From Octopus vulgaris (lineage: Eukaryota), in NCBI GenBank assembly GCA_951406725.2, contig OX597819.1, forward strand, positions 55,242,001 through 55,306,000: DNA of 64,000 nucleotides. Reading direction: 5' to 3'. The translations under genes were made by a program, and so were the position numbers. Each line of letters opens with the position of its first letter. The stretch's first letter is position 1. A model generated the notes under the pieces. The model was given only the letters and a program-made list of their open reading frames with translations, ran no database searches and was not told the origin of the DNA. This document shows positions 62,946 through 64,000 of this stretch, in pieces.

Positions 62946-63535
62946 ATCTACACACACAAAGTAAGGCATGAAGTACCCATGATAAGAATACTGTTTCTGC
63001 GACTATTATGGTATTGATATAGACTCACTTCACTAATACAACCTTCTCGATAATGAACACATTGTAACCAGAAAGCAACATATTTTCATAGCCACCTCTG
63101 ATTACAAGAAACATTACACCTACCTGTGTTATATACTAAAAAGCAATCATACATAAAAAGATAGTAAAAGCTCACAAAAAATTTTGTAACCATATCGTAT
63201 AACATATCACAGAATATCGATGCCCAAGTGTGTAACCCTATCTCACACACTGATTTGCCTGAATCAAATTTGGCCAGAGTACAAAAATAAACCGTAAGAG
63301 AGAGGCTGAGTACCATGCTAAAATTATACATGAAGACAAATGTATGCGTGTGTGTGTGTGTGTGTGTGTGTGTGAGTGTGTGTCTATAATATGCACAAGG
63401 CGAATTTTGCAACACCACTACATCACATGAAAAATGACATCGCTTAAATGGCAGTCATTCTCGGCTATGTATTCCTGTGCTCTTTTCAAAACTTGCATCA
63501 TAACATATATGTATGTATGTCTATATGTGTGTGTG

Positions 63536-63601
<66 letters not shown>

Positions 63602-63613
63602 TATATGTCTGTA

Positions 63614-63671
<58 letters not shown>

Positions 63672-64000
63672 GTGTGCTTGTGTGTGTATCTCTTTCTCTG
63701 ATACATACATACATACATATGTATATATAAGTTACTGAAATACGTATGTTTTAGGAAGCATAAAATACAATATACTTTTGCGTGTGTGTGTGCATGTATG
63801 TGAGTGTGTGTGTCAGTGTGTGTGTGTGCATGTATGTGAGTGTGTGTGTCAGTGTGTGTGTGTGCATGTGTGTTTGTGTGTGTGTGTGTGCATGCATGTG
63901 TATTTACATAAGGAGTAATCTGACAGAGTTCTTAGTGTATCAGATGATAGAATGTCTGGTGTTATTTGTTCTGTCTTTCTGTGTTCTGAGTTCCAGTCCT

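Overview
This is AT-rich, repeat-saturated eukaryotic (animal) DNA with no recognisable intact protein-coding gene. The window is most likely intronic or intergenic. Its style (very dense TA/TG/ATT/GAT microsatellites and several very abundant tRNA-derived SINE families) suggests a coleoid cephalopod such as Octopus, which is an inference I could not confirm. Nearly all ORFs in the supplied track are translations of microsatellites or SINEs. Supportable features include: a full-length decayed mariner (52501-54084) interrupted by an RTE LINE 3' end; DD41D Tc1/mariner fragments in fold-back arrangement; RTE and CR1 LINE ORF2 remnants; a non-autonomous Helitron; several hAT, mariner and TGT...ACA MITEs; Penelope-like remnants, including two minimal hammerhead-ribozyme motifs and a separate endonuclease-tail remnant; many copies of several modular SINE families (my own labels A-G), some with perfect TSDs; and local tandem and inverted duplications. 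I found no convincing novel multi-gene system. The best leads are the hammerhead motifs, a pre-miRNA-shaped hairpin at 8338-8406, and the SINE/LINE module relationships. Boundaries of degenerate repeats are approximate.
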